A stretch of DNA of 64,000 nucleotides from Azolla caroliniana (GCA_043228905.1 JBHGNT010000018.1:9300001-9364000), one strand, 5' to 3'; shown: positions 13,520-25,659, counted from the stretch's first letter. The notes: generated by a model not told the origin, from the letters alone. Made by a program: numbers and translations.

Positions 13520-14152
13520 ACGAGTATTCAAACGTGTTTGTGAAAAGGAGAGGTGCATGGGCAAGCCCGAATCAACCCCTAGTCACAAGGCGAACGAAGG
13601 CACGTGAGGAAGTCTTACACACAGACACACAAGGAAAAGGCTTACTTACACACACGAGAGATAGAGTTTCAAATGCCTTTGTGAAAAGAGAGGTGCATGC
13701 GCAAGCCCAAATGCTCCCTTGTTACAAAACACGCAAACACACAAGCAAGGTTTATACACGGGAGACACAATTTTGAATGCCTTTGTGAAAGGAGAGGTGC
13801 ATGGGCAAGCCCAAACACTCCCTTGCCACAAGTCGCACGAACACACAACCAAGGTTTACATACGGGAGAAACAATTTCGAACGCCTTTGTGAAAGGAGAG
13901 GTGCATGGGCAAGCCCAAACGCTCCATTGCCACAAGTCGCACGAGCACACAAGCAAGGTTTACACACGGGAGACACAAATTTGAACGCCTTTGTGAAAGG
14001 AGAGGTGCATGGGCAAGCCCAGAACCCTTGCCACAAGTTGCACGAACACACAAGCAAGGTTTACAAACGGGAGACACAATTTCGAATGCATTTGTGAAAG
14101 GAGAGGTGCATGGGCAAGCCCAAATGCTCCCTTGCCACAAGTCGCACGAACA
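13520..14152. repeat. ~104-bp tandem array inside the solo LTR (left part)
   Basis: Unit gcctttgtgaaaggagaggtgcatgggcaagccc..gctcccttgccacaagtcgcacgaacacacaagcaaggtttacacacgggagacacaa, about 6 copies. Confidence 0.9.
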
Positions 14153-15018
14153 TGTTGGGAGACAGGTCCCTCCGGATGGGAAGGGAGAAGAACAGTGCCG
14201 ACGAACAATCTCGGCCGAGGCCAAAACCGGAAGAGAAGTACCCAGCTACAGAGAGCCGGATGGTGCAGACCCGGTGTGAACCGGATGAGGAGTACCCGGC
14301 TACGAAGAGCCGAATGGTATAGACCCGGTGTGAACCGGATGAGGAGCACCCGGCTACGGAGAGCCGGATGGTGCAGACCCGGTGTGAACCGGATGAGGAG
14401 GACCCGGCTACGGAGAGCCGGATGGTGCAGACCCGGTGTGAACCGGATGAGGAGGACCCGGCTACGGAGAGCCGGATGGTGCAGACCCGGTGTGAACCGG
14501 ATGAGGAGCACCCGGCTACGGAGAGCCGGATGACGCAGACCCGGTGAGAACCGGAGGAAGAGACATATTCGTAAATATGTTTTTGAGAGCCCATCGTGGC
14601 TATATTTGTAAATAGCCAAAAAGTCATATTAATATAAATATGACTTAGGGCAAATATGTGTTGTGTGTTGTTGTCATTTTCTTGTTGGTGCAAGAAGAAG
14701 AGAGAGTACGTAATGTTGTACAGAGAGAGAGAGAGAGAGAAAGAGGTCGTTGCCTCTGTTGTAACCGCCGCCTGTGGCGAAGATCGTGAGTCCGAGGTCG
14801 TTGCCTCCGTGAACTCACTGTTTTGTACATTCTTACATAGTGATAGTTTGCAGCCTGTGGGCTGCCGTGGTTTTTCCCCTAGTTTGGGGTTTTCCACGTA
14901 AACCTCCTGTGTATTTTTTCCTCTTCTTTGTGTCGCGTCTTATTTCCCGTTTTCTGTGTATCATTCTAAGCTTGGTTGTGGCCGAGCGTTGCGCATAAGG
15001 AACAACCAGTTCCCGTCA
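14153..15018 (+). repeat. 5' LTR of inner Copia (866 bp; 6 copies of a 54-bp unit, the last partial)
   Basis: TGTTGGGAG...CCCGTCA; direct repeat of 19103-19856. Confidence 0.95.
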
Positions 15019-15047
15019 AGTGGTATCAGAGCGAGACGACATAGAAA

Positions 15048-18000
15048 ATGGACGAATCGTTTGGCGGCATGTTCAAGCTCACCGGCTCCAATTACTCAGT
15101 GTGGAAGTCGAAGATGAGGGACATGCTCGTGGTTAAAGACCTCTGACTGCCGGTTCAGTTCGGGGACAAGAGACCGGACAAAATTGACGCCGCGATATGG
15201 GAGGTGATGCACATGAAGACAACGGCGTACATACGGTGCTTCATCGACATGAGCCTGTACAACAACTTCAATGAAGAGAGCAAGGCTCATGAGCTCTGGG
15301 AGAAGATCGACATAATGTTTCAAAACAAAAATGCTGTTAACCAGGTTTCGGTATTCCGGAAGCTAGTAAGACTCTAGTACCAAGATGGCTCTAGCAAGGC
15401 GGAGCATATGAATGCCTTCCAGGGGTTGATACACCAGGCAACGTCATTGGAAGTACCTCTTGCTGATGAGGTACTAGCGCTACTCCTGCTCGGTTCCCTC
15501 CCGGATAGCTGGGAGACGTTGGTTGTCACTTTGGGCAACGCCGGACCGGAAGGAAAACGGTTATCCCTAGCAAGAGTAAAGTCGAGCTTGCTAGATGAGG
15601 AGGCGCGTCGGAAGGATAAAGATACGAGCTCCGACTCCAAAGCGCTCCTTACCGAATCGGAACGCGGAAGACATAGAAACCGTAGTCCCGAGAACTGGGA
15701 GAAGTCGGGGACACGGTCAAAGTCAAGGGGGAGGCCCACTTGCTTCTATTGTGGCAAGCCGGGTCACTTCCAAAAGAACTGTCGGCATTTCCGTAAAGAC
15801 AAGGAAACCAACGGTACCGATTCGAAGCAAACCCCAGACCGTAACGGTAAAGACCGGAGGGGGCCGGACCGGAAGGGAACGACAACAATCGCGGCAAGTG
15901 AAGAAGAGTTGATGCTCATCATCGAGGAGTGTGAGATAAACCTTGCCGGCGACGAGATGACCTGGGTGGTAGACTTTGGAGCATCGTTCCACCTTACCCC
16001 AGACCAGAAATGCTTCTCATCCTACTCAGCCGGTGATCACGGCTGTGTCCGGATGGGGAACGAAGGTACATGCCGAATTGTCGGCATAGGAAACGTGTGG
16101 TTGTCAACACCAACCAGATGCAAGTTGCTGCTGAAGGATGTCCGACACGTTCCGGAGGTTCGTCTGAACCTGATATCAGCCGGTCGGCTAGATGATGAAG
16201 GCTACACGGGTAGCATCCGGAACGGTGTCATGAAGTTCAACAAAGGGAGCTTGATTGTAGCTCGGGCCCAGAAGGTCAACACACTGTACCTGATGAATGC
16301 CCGGTTATGTCTGGAAGAAGTGAACATGGCATCCGACACTGCCGGTGAGCTGTGGCACAAGAGTCTGTGTCACATGAGCGAGAAGGGGATGAAGAGGCTT
16401 GCAGACGACAACCTCATTCTAGTGAAGAACGTGCACTGATTGTCTAGCCGGTAAGCAGAACCGGACCTCCTTCCGACCAAGGCCACCGATGAGACGTAAT
16501 GCACCACTGGAGTTGGTGCATACGGATGTGTGTCAGGTAGACACGAAGTCACATGCCGGAGCGCAGTACTTCGTGACTTTCATAGATGACCACAGCCGGA
16601 AGCTGTTGGCCACACCGTTGAAGACGAAGGATCAGGTGCTATCCGTCTTCAAAGAGCTCCACGCGAGAGTGGAAAGAGAAACCGGCCGGAAGTTGAAGGC
16701 GGTTTGAGCAGATAACGGAGGAGAATACCGGGGGCAGTTCGAGGAGTACTGCCGCTCGAAGGGAATCCGACTCGAATTTACCGTGCCGAAGATGCCGGAA
16801 CTAAACGGACTGGTCGAGAGGATGAACTGGACCATAGTGGAGAGGGTCTGGAGTATGCTAGCGCATGCAAAATTACCCAAGAAGTTTTGGGCTGAGGCAT
16901 TGTCGACGACGACATACGTGATAAACAGATCACCCTCAGTACCCTTGGAAGGAGACACGCCACAGAGGGTATGGACCGGTAAGGAAGTGTCCTACCGGCA
17001 TCTGAAGGTGTTCGTGTGTCTCGCGTACGTGCATGTAGCAAAGGACCGGAGAGGAAAGTTAGATCCAAAGACCCGGCCATGCATATTCCTCGGTTACGGT
17101 GACGATGAGTTTGGCTACCGAGTTTGGGACCCGGTCGACAAGAAGGTATTCCGGAGTCGAGATATTATCTTCATGGAGGACAAGACGCTCGCCGACTGGG
17201 AGTCGGAGAAGAAGATAATGAACTCCGAGTCGACCGGTAAGGATCGACTCTACGATGAGCAGACCCAACCGGCGAGAGACCGGTTAGCACTCGAAGAACC
17301 AGCCGGATACGGTGAGGATACCAAACCGGCAGAAGAAGAAGTAGAGGAAGCTGAAACCGGAACCGGCCTAGACCCCGAATCGGATTCGGATGAAGAGCAA
17401 ATGGAGGAGCCGGCTACCGAAACCCAAAGACGGAGATATCCTCTCAGAGAGAGAAGGCCCCCCCCCCCCCCCCCCCGGAGATTTCCGGATGCAGAGCATG
17501 TTCTGCTGACCGATGAAGGGGAACCGGAAAGCTTCGAAGAAGCGAAGGAAGACACCCACAACCGAAAATGGTTAAGTGCCATGCAGGATGAGATGGATTC
17601 CCTGCATGAGAACCATACGTACGAATTGGTGGAGTTGCAGAAAGGAAAGCGGGCACTCCGAAACAAGTGAGTGTACAAGTTGAAACCGGGAGATGCCGGC
17701 AACCCCCCGAGATACAAAGCCAAGATCGTGGTGAAGGGGTTCCAGCAGAAGAAGGGCGTGGACTTTGACGAGATATTTGTCCCGGTAGTAAAGATGACCT
17801 CCATCCGGACGGTGCTGAGTATAGCAGCAAGCATGGACCTCGAGGTAGAGCAGCTGGACGTGAAGACGACATTCCTTCATGGCGACCTCGAAGAGGAGAT
17901 CTACATGCAGCAACCGGAAGGATTCGTGGAGAAAGGGAAGGAGCACCTGGTATGCCGGTTGAAGAAGAGCCTGTACCGACTGAAGCAGGCTCCCCGACAA

Positions 18001-19092
18001 TGGTACCGGAAGTTCGACTCCTTCATGACCGATCAAGGGTACCACAAGACGCAGGCCGATCACTGCATGTTTGTGAAGAAGTTCGAAGGAGGCGACTTCT
18101 TGATACTCCTTCTGTACGTGGATGACATGTTGATCATCGGACGTGACCAAGTCAAAATACGGATGCTAAAGAAGGCTCTCAACCGGACCTTCTCAATGAA
18201 AGACTTGGGTCCGGCAAGACAGACGTTGGGGATGCACATCATCCGGAACCGGTCAAAGAAGCAATTATGGCTATCACAGGGGAAGTACGTGACAAAGGTG
18301 CTTCACCGGTTCAACATGTCAGATGCGAAACCGGTCGGATCGACACTTCCGGCAAACTGCAAGCTATCCGGCAAGCAAAGCCCGAAGACGAAAGCAGAGA
18401 AGGCGGATATGATGAAGATCCCATATGCCTCTGCCGTCGGGAGCTTGATGTACGCAATGGTGTGTACCCGACCGGATATAGGATACACAGTCGGAGTGGT
18501 GAGCCGGTTCATGAGCAATCCCGGCAAGGAGCACTGGAACGCGGTCAAATGGATACTCTGGTATTTGAAGGGCACTTCAAATATGTGTCTCCGATTCGGC
18601 TCCGGAAGACCTCAACTTGACGGTTTCACTAACTCGGACATGTCGGCTGATGTGGATACCAGCCGGTCTACATCCGGGTATGTAATGACTTATGCAGGGG
18701 GAGCTGTTTCCTGGCAGTCAAGGCTGCAGAAGACGGTTGCATTGTCAACCACAGAGGCGGAGTACATGGCGGCTGTGGAAGCCGTCAAGGAAATATTATG
18801 GATGAAAGACTTCATCGGAGAGCTCGGTATCCGGCAAGAGGAATACCGACTCTATTGCGACAGTCAAAGTGCCATCCACCTTGCTGAGAATGCGGCCAAC
18901 CACTCTCGGACGAAGCATATCCAGCGAAGATATCACTGGATCCGGGAAAGAGTAGATGATCAGGAGTTCGTGCTGACGAAGATCCACACGGCCGAGAACG
19001 GGTCAGATATGCTGACCAAAGTTCTGATACCCGACAAGCTGGATGCATGCCGGAAGCGGGTCGGACTGATAAGACACCCCATGCCGGAGTGA
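15048..19092 (+). pseudogene. Inner Copia gag-pol (gag, zinc knuckle, protease, integrase, RT, RNase H)
   Basis: MFKLTGSNYSVWK, CFYCGKPGHFQKNC, WVVDFGASFH, LELVHTDVC, YFVTFIDD, QLDVKTTFLHG, LLLYVDDML, ALSTTEAEY, RTKHI; several stops and a frameshift near 16430. Confidence 0.95.
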
Positions 19093-19102
19093 AGGGGGAG
19101 TT

Positions 19103-19856
19103 TGTTGGGAGACAGGTCCCTCCGGATGGGAAGGGAGAAGAATAGTGCTGACGAACAATCTCGGCCGAGGCCGAAACAGGAAGAGAAGTACCCAGCTACG
19201 GAGAGCCGGATGGTGCAGACCCGGTGTGAACCGGATGAGGAGCACCCGGCTACGGAGAGCCGGATGGTGCAGACCCGGTGTGAACCGGATGAGGAGCACC
19301 CGGCTACGGAGAGCCGGATGGTACAGACCCGGTGTGAACCGGATGAGGAGCACCCGGCTACGGAGAGCCGGATGACGCAGACCCGGTGAGAACCGGAGGA
19401 AGAGACATATTCGTAAATATGTTTTTGAGAGCCCATCGTGGCTATATTTGTAAATAGCCAAAAAGTCATATTAGTATAAATATGACTTAGGGCAAATATG
19501 TGTTGTGTGTTGTTGTCATTTTCTTGTTGGTGCAAGAAGAAGAGAGAGTACGTAATGTTGTACAGAGAGAGAGAGAGAAAGAGGTCGTTGCCTCTGTTGT
19601 AACCGCCGCTTGTGGCGAAGATCGTGAGTCTGAGGTCGTTGCCTCCGTGAACTCACTGTTTTGTACATTCTTACATAGTGATAGTTTGCAGCCTGTGGGC
19701 TGCCGTGGTTTTTCCCCTAGTTTGGGGTTTTCCACGTAAACCTCCTGTGTATTTTTTCCTCTTCTTTGTGTCGCGTCTTATTTCCCGTTTTCTGTGTATC
19801 ATTCTAAGCTTGGTTGTGGCCGAGCGTTGCGCATAAGGAACGACCAGTTCCCGTCA
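19103..19856 (+). repeat. 3' LTR of inner Copia (754 bp; 4 copies of the 54-bp unit, the last partial)
   Basis: Direct repeat of the 5' LTR, preceded by the PPT and followed by TSD GAACA. Confidence 0.95.
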
Positions 19857-20430
19857 GAACACACAAGCAAGGTTTACACATGTGAGACACAATTTTGAAC
19901 GCCTTTGTGAAAGGAGAGATGCATGGGCAAGCCTGAACGCTCCCTTGCCACAAGTCGCACGAACACATAAGCAAGGTTTACACACGGGAGACACAAATTT
20001 GAACGCCTTTGTGAAAGGAGAGGTGCATGGGCAAGCCCGAATGCTCCCTTGCCACAAGTCGCACGAACACACAAGCAAGTTTAACACTAACATGCAAGAC
20101 ATGTAAGTTTGAATGCCTTTGTGAAAGGAGAGGTGCATGGGCAAGCCCGAAATGCTCCCTTGTCACAAGACACACAAGCAAATAAGCACAAACGAAGATA
20201 ATATATAAGACATGTAGGTTTGAATGCCATTGTGAAAGGAGAGGTGCATGGGCAAGCCCGAAAGCTCCATTGTCACAATACACACAAGCAAATAAGCACA
20301 AACGACGATAATATATAAGACATGTAGGTTTGAATGCCTTTGTGAAAGGAGAGGTGCATGGGCAAGCCCGAAACGCTCCCTTGTCACAAGACACACAAAC
20401 AAATAAGCACAAATGACGATAACAAATAAG
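19857..20430. repeat. Continuation of the tandem array in the solo LTR (104-bp units becoming ~120-bp units)
   Basis: Same gtgaaaggagaggtgcatgggcaagccc core, about 5 copies. Confidence 0.88.
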
Positions 20431-21201
20431 CACAATCAAGATTTACACATAAGACAAGTAAATGACAGAAAACATTAGTTTATATCAATATAATAGATTC
20501 TTTTATAATATAAGAACCATGTTACAATGGGTTAGATGTGAATATGAAGGATTGTTTATAAATGAATGGGGGAAGAGAGGTGGAGGAAAGAAGAGAATGG
20601 AGTATAGAAGGAGTTTCTTTGTTGATGATGCCTCTCGATGTTGTTGATCCTTCTTCTTCCACTTTCCAATTGAGTAGAGCTTCCGCGTTCCTTCTCCCTC
20701 CCCCTCTTCTTCACTAGAATAGGCTCTTATTTATAGGTTTAGGATTGCTTGCCTTTTTCCCCTAAACAAAAGCTTGTCTATATGAGTCGACGTTTCTTTT
20801 CCTCACTATTTCTGTTTTCTAGCCCCAACTTTCACATGCAAGATATTCTTGGAAAGCTCTTTGGGTTAGCTTTCTTATGCATCTTTTCTTTTCTAATTTG
20901 GACATCTAAAGAGGAAATTATGAGCTTTTTTCTCTACTGTGCTCCTCATATCCACGCGTGCTTCTTTTCTTTTCTCTTCATCTTTTTCTTTACTTTTGAA
21001 AACCGCCTCTAACTTAATATTCATCATTATTTATTGTAAGGTTCAATCCTTTAAACATTTATTTATAAGGAATTATCTTTAGAAAATGAAAAAGTATTTT
21101 TTCTACCAATAAAGTTGACTTCACAATACTAGTTTATTTGAACTACTATTTTACTTCTTTTCGAGGGTGGTTTCACACTATGTGTTAGAAACATCACGAC
21201 A

Positions 21202-22376
21202 ACGTATGGTTCGTCAATTCCGGTGCCTCGAACCATATGACGTCGCATCGAGAATGGTTCCGAGAACATCGAGAGTTGAACCAACCCGGCTATGTCGAAA
21301 CCAGAGAGGACACTACGCACCCGATTCGGCATGTCGGCGATGTTCTATTTGGAAAAGAAGGTAACCAAACTTACATTAAAAATTTCTTGCATGTACCAAC
21401 TATCGCGAAAAATTTGGTCTCCGTCTGCCAAATTGTAGAGCAAGGAATGCAAGTTCGATTTAATCAAGGCAGTTGATTCATCGAAAAAGAGGGCCGACTC
21501 ATCGCACGCGGACGAAGAGAGGGCCGAATGTTCATTCTCGACTCACACGAGATGAAATCAGCCATGTTCGTAAAAGGCACGAAAGCTGAGTCCAACATAG
21601 AGTTATGGAACAAGTGGACTGGCCATATCAACCTCCAAAAGCTCAAGGCGATGCAATCAAAAGGAGTCATCATCGGACTCCCGACCTTTAAAGAGAGAGA
21701 TTGAAGGTGTGTGTGCAGCTTGCTAATTCGGCAAGCAACATTGACATCCATTTCCAAAGGAGAGGAATGTAAGCAAAGGCGTACTCGACGTAATTCATTC
21801 CGCTGTATGGGGACCGGCTCAAACGACGACATTCGGCGGATGCTGATACTACGTGACCTTTATCGACGACCTCTCTAGGCACACTTGGATCTACCTGATG
21901 CGGCAAAAGAGCGAAGTGTTCAGACACTTCCAAAAATCGAAGAGTGGAGTCGACACGTACAGTGCCTTCGATAGGATGGAGGCAAAGAATATTTCTTGGA
22001 TGAGTTTAAGGCGTATCTTTGAAAAGAAGGGATTTGACGAGAATTTTCGTGTTGATATACGCCACAACAAAACGGAATAGCCGAACGCAAGAATCGACAC
22101 ATCCTCGAAGTGGCACGGGCTATGTTTAACGAAAAGCACATGCCGAAATCGTACTGGGCGGAAGCGGCTAACACGGCTGTATATCTCATGAATCGATGTA
22201 CAACATTGGGTATGCACGAACTTACTCCGCACGAGAAGTTTTTCGGAAAGAAGCCGGACCTATCACATGTTTGGATATTAGGCTCCATTGCGTACGTGCA
22301 TATCCCTAACAAAAAACAACAAAAGCTCGACTCGAGGTCAGAGAAATGTATCCTCATAGGATACTCACTGGAGCAA
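21202..22376 (+). pseudogene. Outer Copia protease-integrase fragment
   Basis: WFVNSGASNHMT, LHVPTIAKNLVSV, YYVTFIDD, PQQNGIAERKNR, YWAEAANTAVYLMNR, KCILIGYSLEQ. Confidence 0.9.
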
Positions 22377-24214
22377 CCGGAACCTGAACAACAACCCGAT
22401 CCTGTGGCCACAACACAACCAATTTCACAACAACCTCGACCCAATCAAGAGTCAACACCTATCGTAACTGAACAACCAACGCAAAGACATCATCAAGTAA
22501 AGCAAAGGGCTCAACGATTTCCACAGACTCAACAGGAGGAGCCTGCGCAAAAGAAATAGAGAATAGACGACTAGGTCACACAAACCACACAGGCACCTTG
22601 TGTCAATCCTAATGACACAACCATAATTCAGAAAGGGCAGTCGTCAATAACAAAGGTGCGAGAAGCAACTGGATTCTCTGATATTCCTCCAATAGCACAT
22701 GAATTGGCAGCCATTCTGCAATTCGGAACATCTTATGAATTAGTAGAATGGTTAGCACATAGGTTACAAGAGGTGTCAGAGAGAATGGCACAAGAGCACC
22801 GGGATCAGATAATGATCCAAAAATCATTAAGTGGAGATGTCGACCCGCAAGAGCAAAAAGAGGTCGATCGAATCAGCCGACAACGGAGTACGAAGAATAA
22901 AGGCGAGGCCATCCAAATGCCACGATTGCATGAGGCTCTAGTATAAGTACATTGAGAATATGACAAGGCCAGCTGAGCAGCCAGAGATATGGTTGATTTG
23001 TACAAGAAGGCAACAACAACATCGGATATTTTAAATACACAATGTACAAAAATGCAAGCCGAAAACCAGCAGTTGTCGGAACGCCTTCGACAAACAAAAG
23101 AGCAACTGTAGAAAACAAAGGAAGAAATGTTGCAGTAGGTGTCAGCAAGCAGACCCTTAGAATCTGAGCAAGAACTGCAACAAAAATTGCAGCAGGCAGA
23201 AGCAGCGCTCAAGGAGGCTGAAGCCAAAGCCGAAAAAGCCGAAAAAGCCGAACCCTGATCCAAGAAAATTGAGGATCGACTACAATTAGCAAAGACGGAA
23301 GTCGGCAAATGACTGGATGCTAAAGAAAATTTGATTCAAAGGCTGTGCCGATAGTTGGCACAAAAGTAGGAAACCACGCAAAAGAGGTCGAAGAACTCGA
23401 AGAGTATATCAAAGTCTAGGAAGAATATTGCGTTGAACAGCTGGTAGAAAAAGAAACTTTGCTTACTCAACTGCATGAGAAAAATGCTCAAGACAAACAA
23501 GAATGGGCTTCCGCAAGGTCAATTTTAGAACAACGGTGTGTAGACCTAGAAGTTGTGTCCGAACAGTGGCGACTTGACCTGTTAATCGCCCAAGCAAAAC
23601 ATATGCAGACGGAAGGAGAAACAAATGGCACAATCACTGAATTACGAAAGACATTGACAGAAGCACAATTCCAAATGAGCATGGGCGAGGAGAGAATACG
23701 AGCTATCCTAAAGTGCCACAAAATCAACACTTTAAAGATGGTCACCGAGTTATTGGATAAAGGCTGGGAAACCTGGTCGGCACAGGCAACCGAACTTCAA
23801 CTGTTACGTGCCGACAGGGACAATAGCAAGGCATAGGGACAAGGCTTCTTCAAAATGTCGGAAGAGGCAATATCAACTGTTCAGGCTGATATTATCAAAG
23901 ACTTGTATGACATGGCTGCTTGTCACCGAGAAGAAGTTAGTCGAATCATGCAGGAATTTAATAAACATGATATCGACACATATGTCCAATTTGATGCCTA
24001 TGAAGCCGAAAGAAGAAGCCAAACTCCAGGCCTCAGCGCACCAAAGCCTGTAGCACCACCACCACAACCATCTATTGAGGATACACAACAATCTACAAAA
24101 TCAGACGACGATGAAGAAGACGTGCAACAACCCGAAGCTTCATTGTTTGATATTTTGCAGGACGACACTGAAGACGAATTGGACGAGGACCTTCCTTCCG
24201 AAAAGCAGGAATAG
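22377..24214 (+). pseudogene. Uncharacterised coiled-coil accessory ORF of element A (~600 codons, several stops)
   Basis: Q/E/K-rich heptad sequence; motifs HELAAILQFGTSYELVEW, WETWSAQATELQLLRAD, GQGFFKMSEEAI, QFDAYEAERR shared with element B. Confidence 0.7.
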
Positions 24215-24265
24215 AAGGGTGTTGTGGGTTCGCCGGGCAAGGCCTTGACCCATGGGCGTGCCAAG

Positions 24266-25659
24266 TGTTACCCGGACAAAGGGGTGGTCGGACAAGTGGA
24301 GAAGCGTAAGAGTCGGAAATGTCGGAGTCGAAGTCGGATCAATAAAGAGGATCGATGAGTCAACATTTTGTCGAATATAATTAAAAACCGAAAATATAGT
24401 TAGTTACAAATTTTGTAATTCTTGCAGATATGGCAGTATGTTTTCTTGATGAGGAAGTCCTTTTGGTTGCCTATAAAAGGAATCGAAGGCATTGTAAAAA
24501 CTATCATTTATTTTAATAATATAAGTTTAGTTGTAGGAAAATCTCGGTGTGCAACTATTTATTCTTCTGTTAATCTATTTCCATCTTGATATAACTATAT
24601 TACATAAGTAACGATCTCGATGTCTGTATAACATCGATAGTGTTACAGTAACTTAATATTCATTCGCCTAACCACAATTCATTGATAGAACGTTCAGTAA
24701 GCAACGTTCGACTTATACTGTGTCAACAACATAGTCGATTGTCAGTCATAATTTGGAGATTTCTACTTTAACATCCCTGTTCCTCCTTGTCATGTATCTC
24801 AGTAGTCATATTTAGGGTTGTGGCAAAAGGAGATACTAACTGAATATCGACCTGGTTGACTGATGGGTGGACTAATTTGATTTTGTACATGCGTACTTAC
24901 AAGTAAGTTCACCAACATTCCAATCTTGCTAGATTTGGCAGATTCGATCCATGGGTATTCCAAAAGCATGCAGACTTGTATTTCTGAATTCAATAATTTG
25001 TATATCGCAACCCTCTTTCTCAATCACAGAATAAAAAAACTGTAATGGGATTTTGAATTGAATAGGATTATGTATGGTGAAAATATTGTATGGTAAACCA
25101 TATATCTCTCCATCTATCAAAGGACTTAAGGTGAGTAGGAACAATCAACATAGTCGATTTTCAGCCGGACTACACAGTCCGGCCAACAATCGACTATGTT
25201 GTTGACACGGTATAAGTCAAACGTTGCTTACCGAACATTCTATCAATGAATTGTGGTTAGGCGAATGAATATTAAGTTACTGTAACACTATCGATGTTAT
25301 ACAGACATCGAGATCGTTACTTATGTAATATAGTTATATCAAGATGGAAATAGATTAACAGAAGAATAAATAGTTGCACACTGAGATTTTCCTACAATTA
25401 AACTTATATTACTAAAATAAACGATAGTTTTTACAATGCCTTCGATTCCTTTTATAGGCAACCGAAAGGACTTCCTCATCAAGAAAATATACTGCCATAT
25501 CGGCAAGAATTACAAAATTTGTAACTAACTATATTTTTGGTTTTTAATTATATTTAGCAAAATGTTGACTTGTCGATCATCTTTATTGATCCGACTTTGA
25601 CTTTGACTCCGACTCCGATGCTCCTCCACTTGTCCAACCACCCCTTTGTCCGGGTAACA
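24266..25659. repeat. Long inverted repeat: ~490-bp LTR followed tail-to-tail by its inverted copy
   Basis: Arm 24266-24745 is the reverse complement of ~25183-25659; hairpin apex gccggact-acac-agtccggc at ~25164-25183. Confidence 0.93.
24747..25144 (+). repeat. 398-bp copy of sequence 28681-29078 inserted near the palindrome apex
   Basis: Colinear with no indels and about 11 substitutions by eye; flanked by a ~19-bp duplication caacatagtcgatt(g/t)tcag. Confidence 0.92.

Larger units (their letters stand above)
14153..19856 (+). mobile_element. Full-length, relatively young Ty1/Copia (Tnt1-like) with in-frame stops
   Basis: LTRs 14153-15018 and 19103-19856; TSD GAACA; PBS TGGTATCAGAGC at 15021-15032; PPT GAAGGGGGAG at 19091-19100. 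Confidence 0.97.
13406..21201 (-). mobile_element. Solo LTR (~2.1 kb net) related to the tRNA-Trp family, inserted at the outer Copia gag/protease junction and split by the inner Copia
   Basis: TGTCGTGA...TCACGACA termini; 4-bp TSD gcgt/acgt; removing it restores P-E-D-V-W-F-V-N-S-G-A-S-N-H-M; terminus homologous to the LTR at 7567. Confidence 0.85.
22377..25174 (+). mobile_element. 3' part of LTR element A: decayed coiled-coil ORF, inverted tRNA-Arg PBS, 3' LTR from 24266
   Basis: ORF pieces 22377-24214 homologous to 46709-49100(-); gacccatgggcgtgcca at 24247-24263; LTR TGTTACCCGG...CCGGACTACA with ctataaaa at ~24471. Confidence 0.75.

Noticed and set aside
13520-14550. Regularly spaced repeats resembling a CRISPR array (104-bp and 54-bp units)
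   Set aside because: The intervening sequence is also repeated (no unique spacers), there are no cas genes, and the context is eukaryotic LTRs.
13960-14897. Long repetitive ORFs on both strands in the LTRs (also 18960-19535)
   Set aside because: By-products of a stop-poor 54-bp repeat.
24266-25659. Pack-MULE/MITE, DIRS or Penelope interpretation of the long inverted repeats with captured DNA
   Set aside because: No TSD, no transposase, tyrosine recombinase or GIY-YIG sequence nearby. The arms have LTR features (TG..CA, TATA) and met at a 4-nt loop before the insertion.
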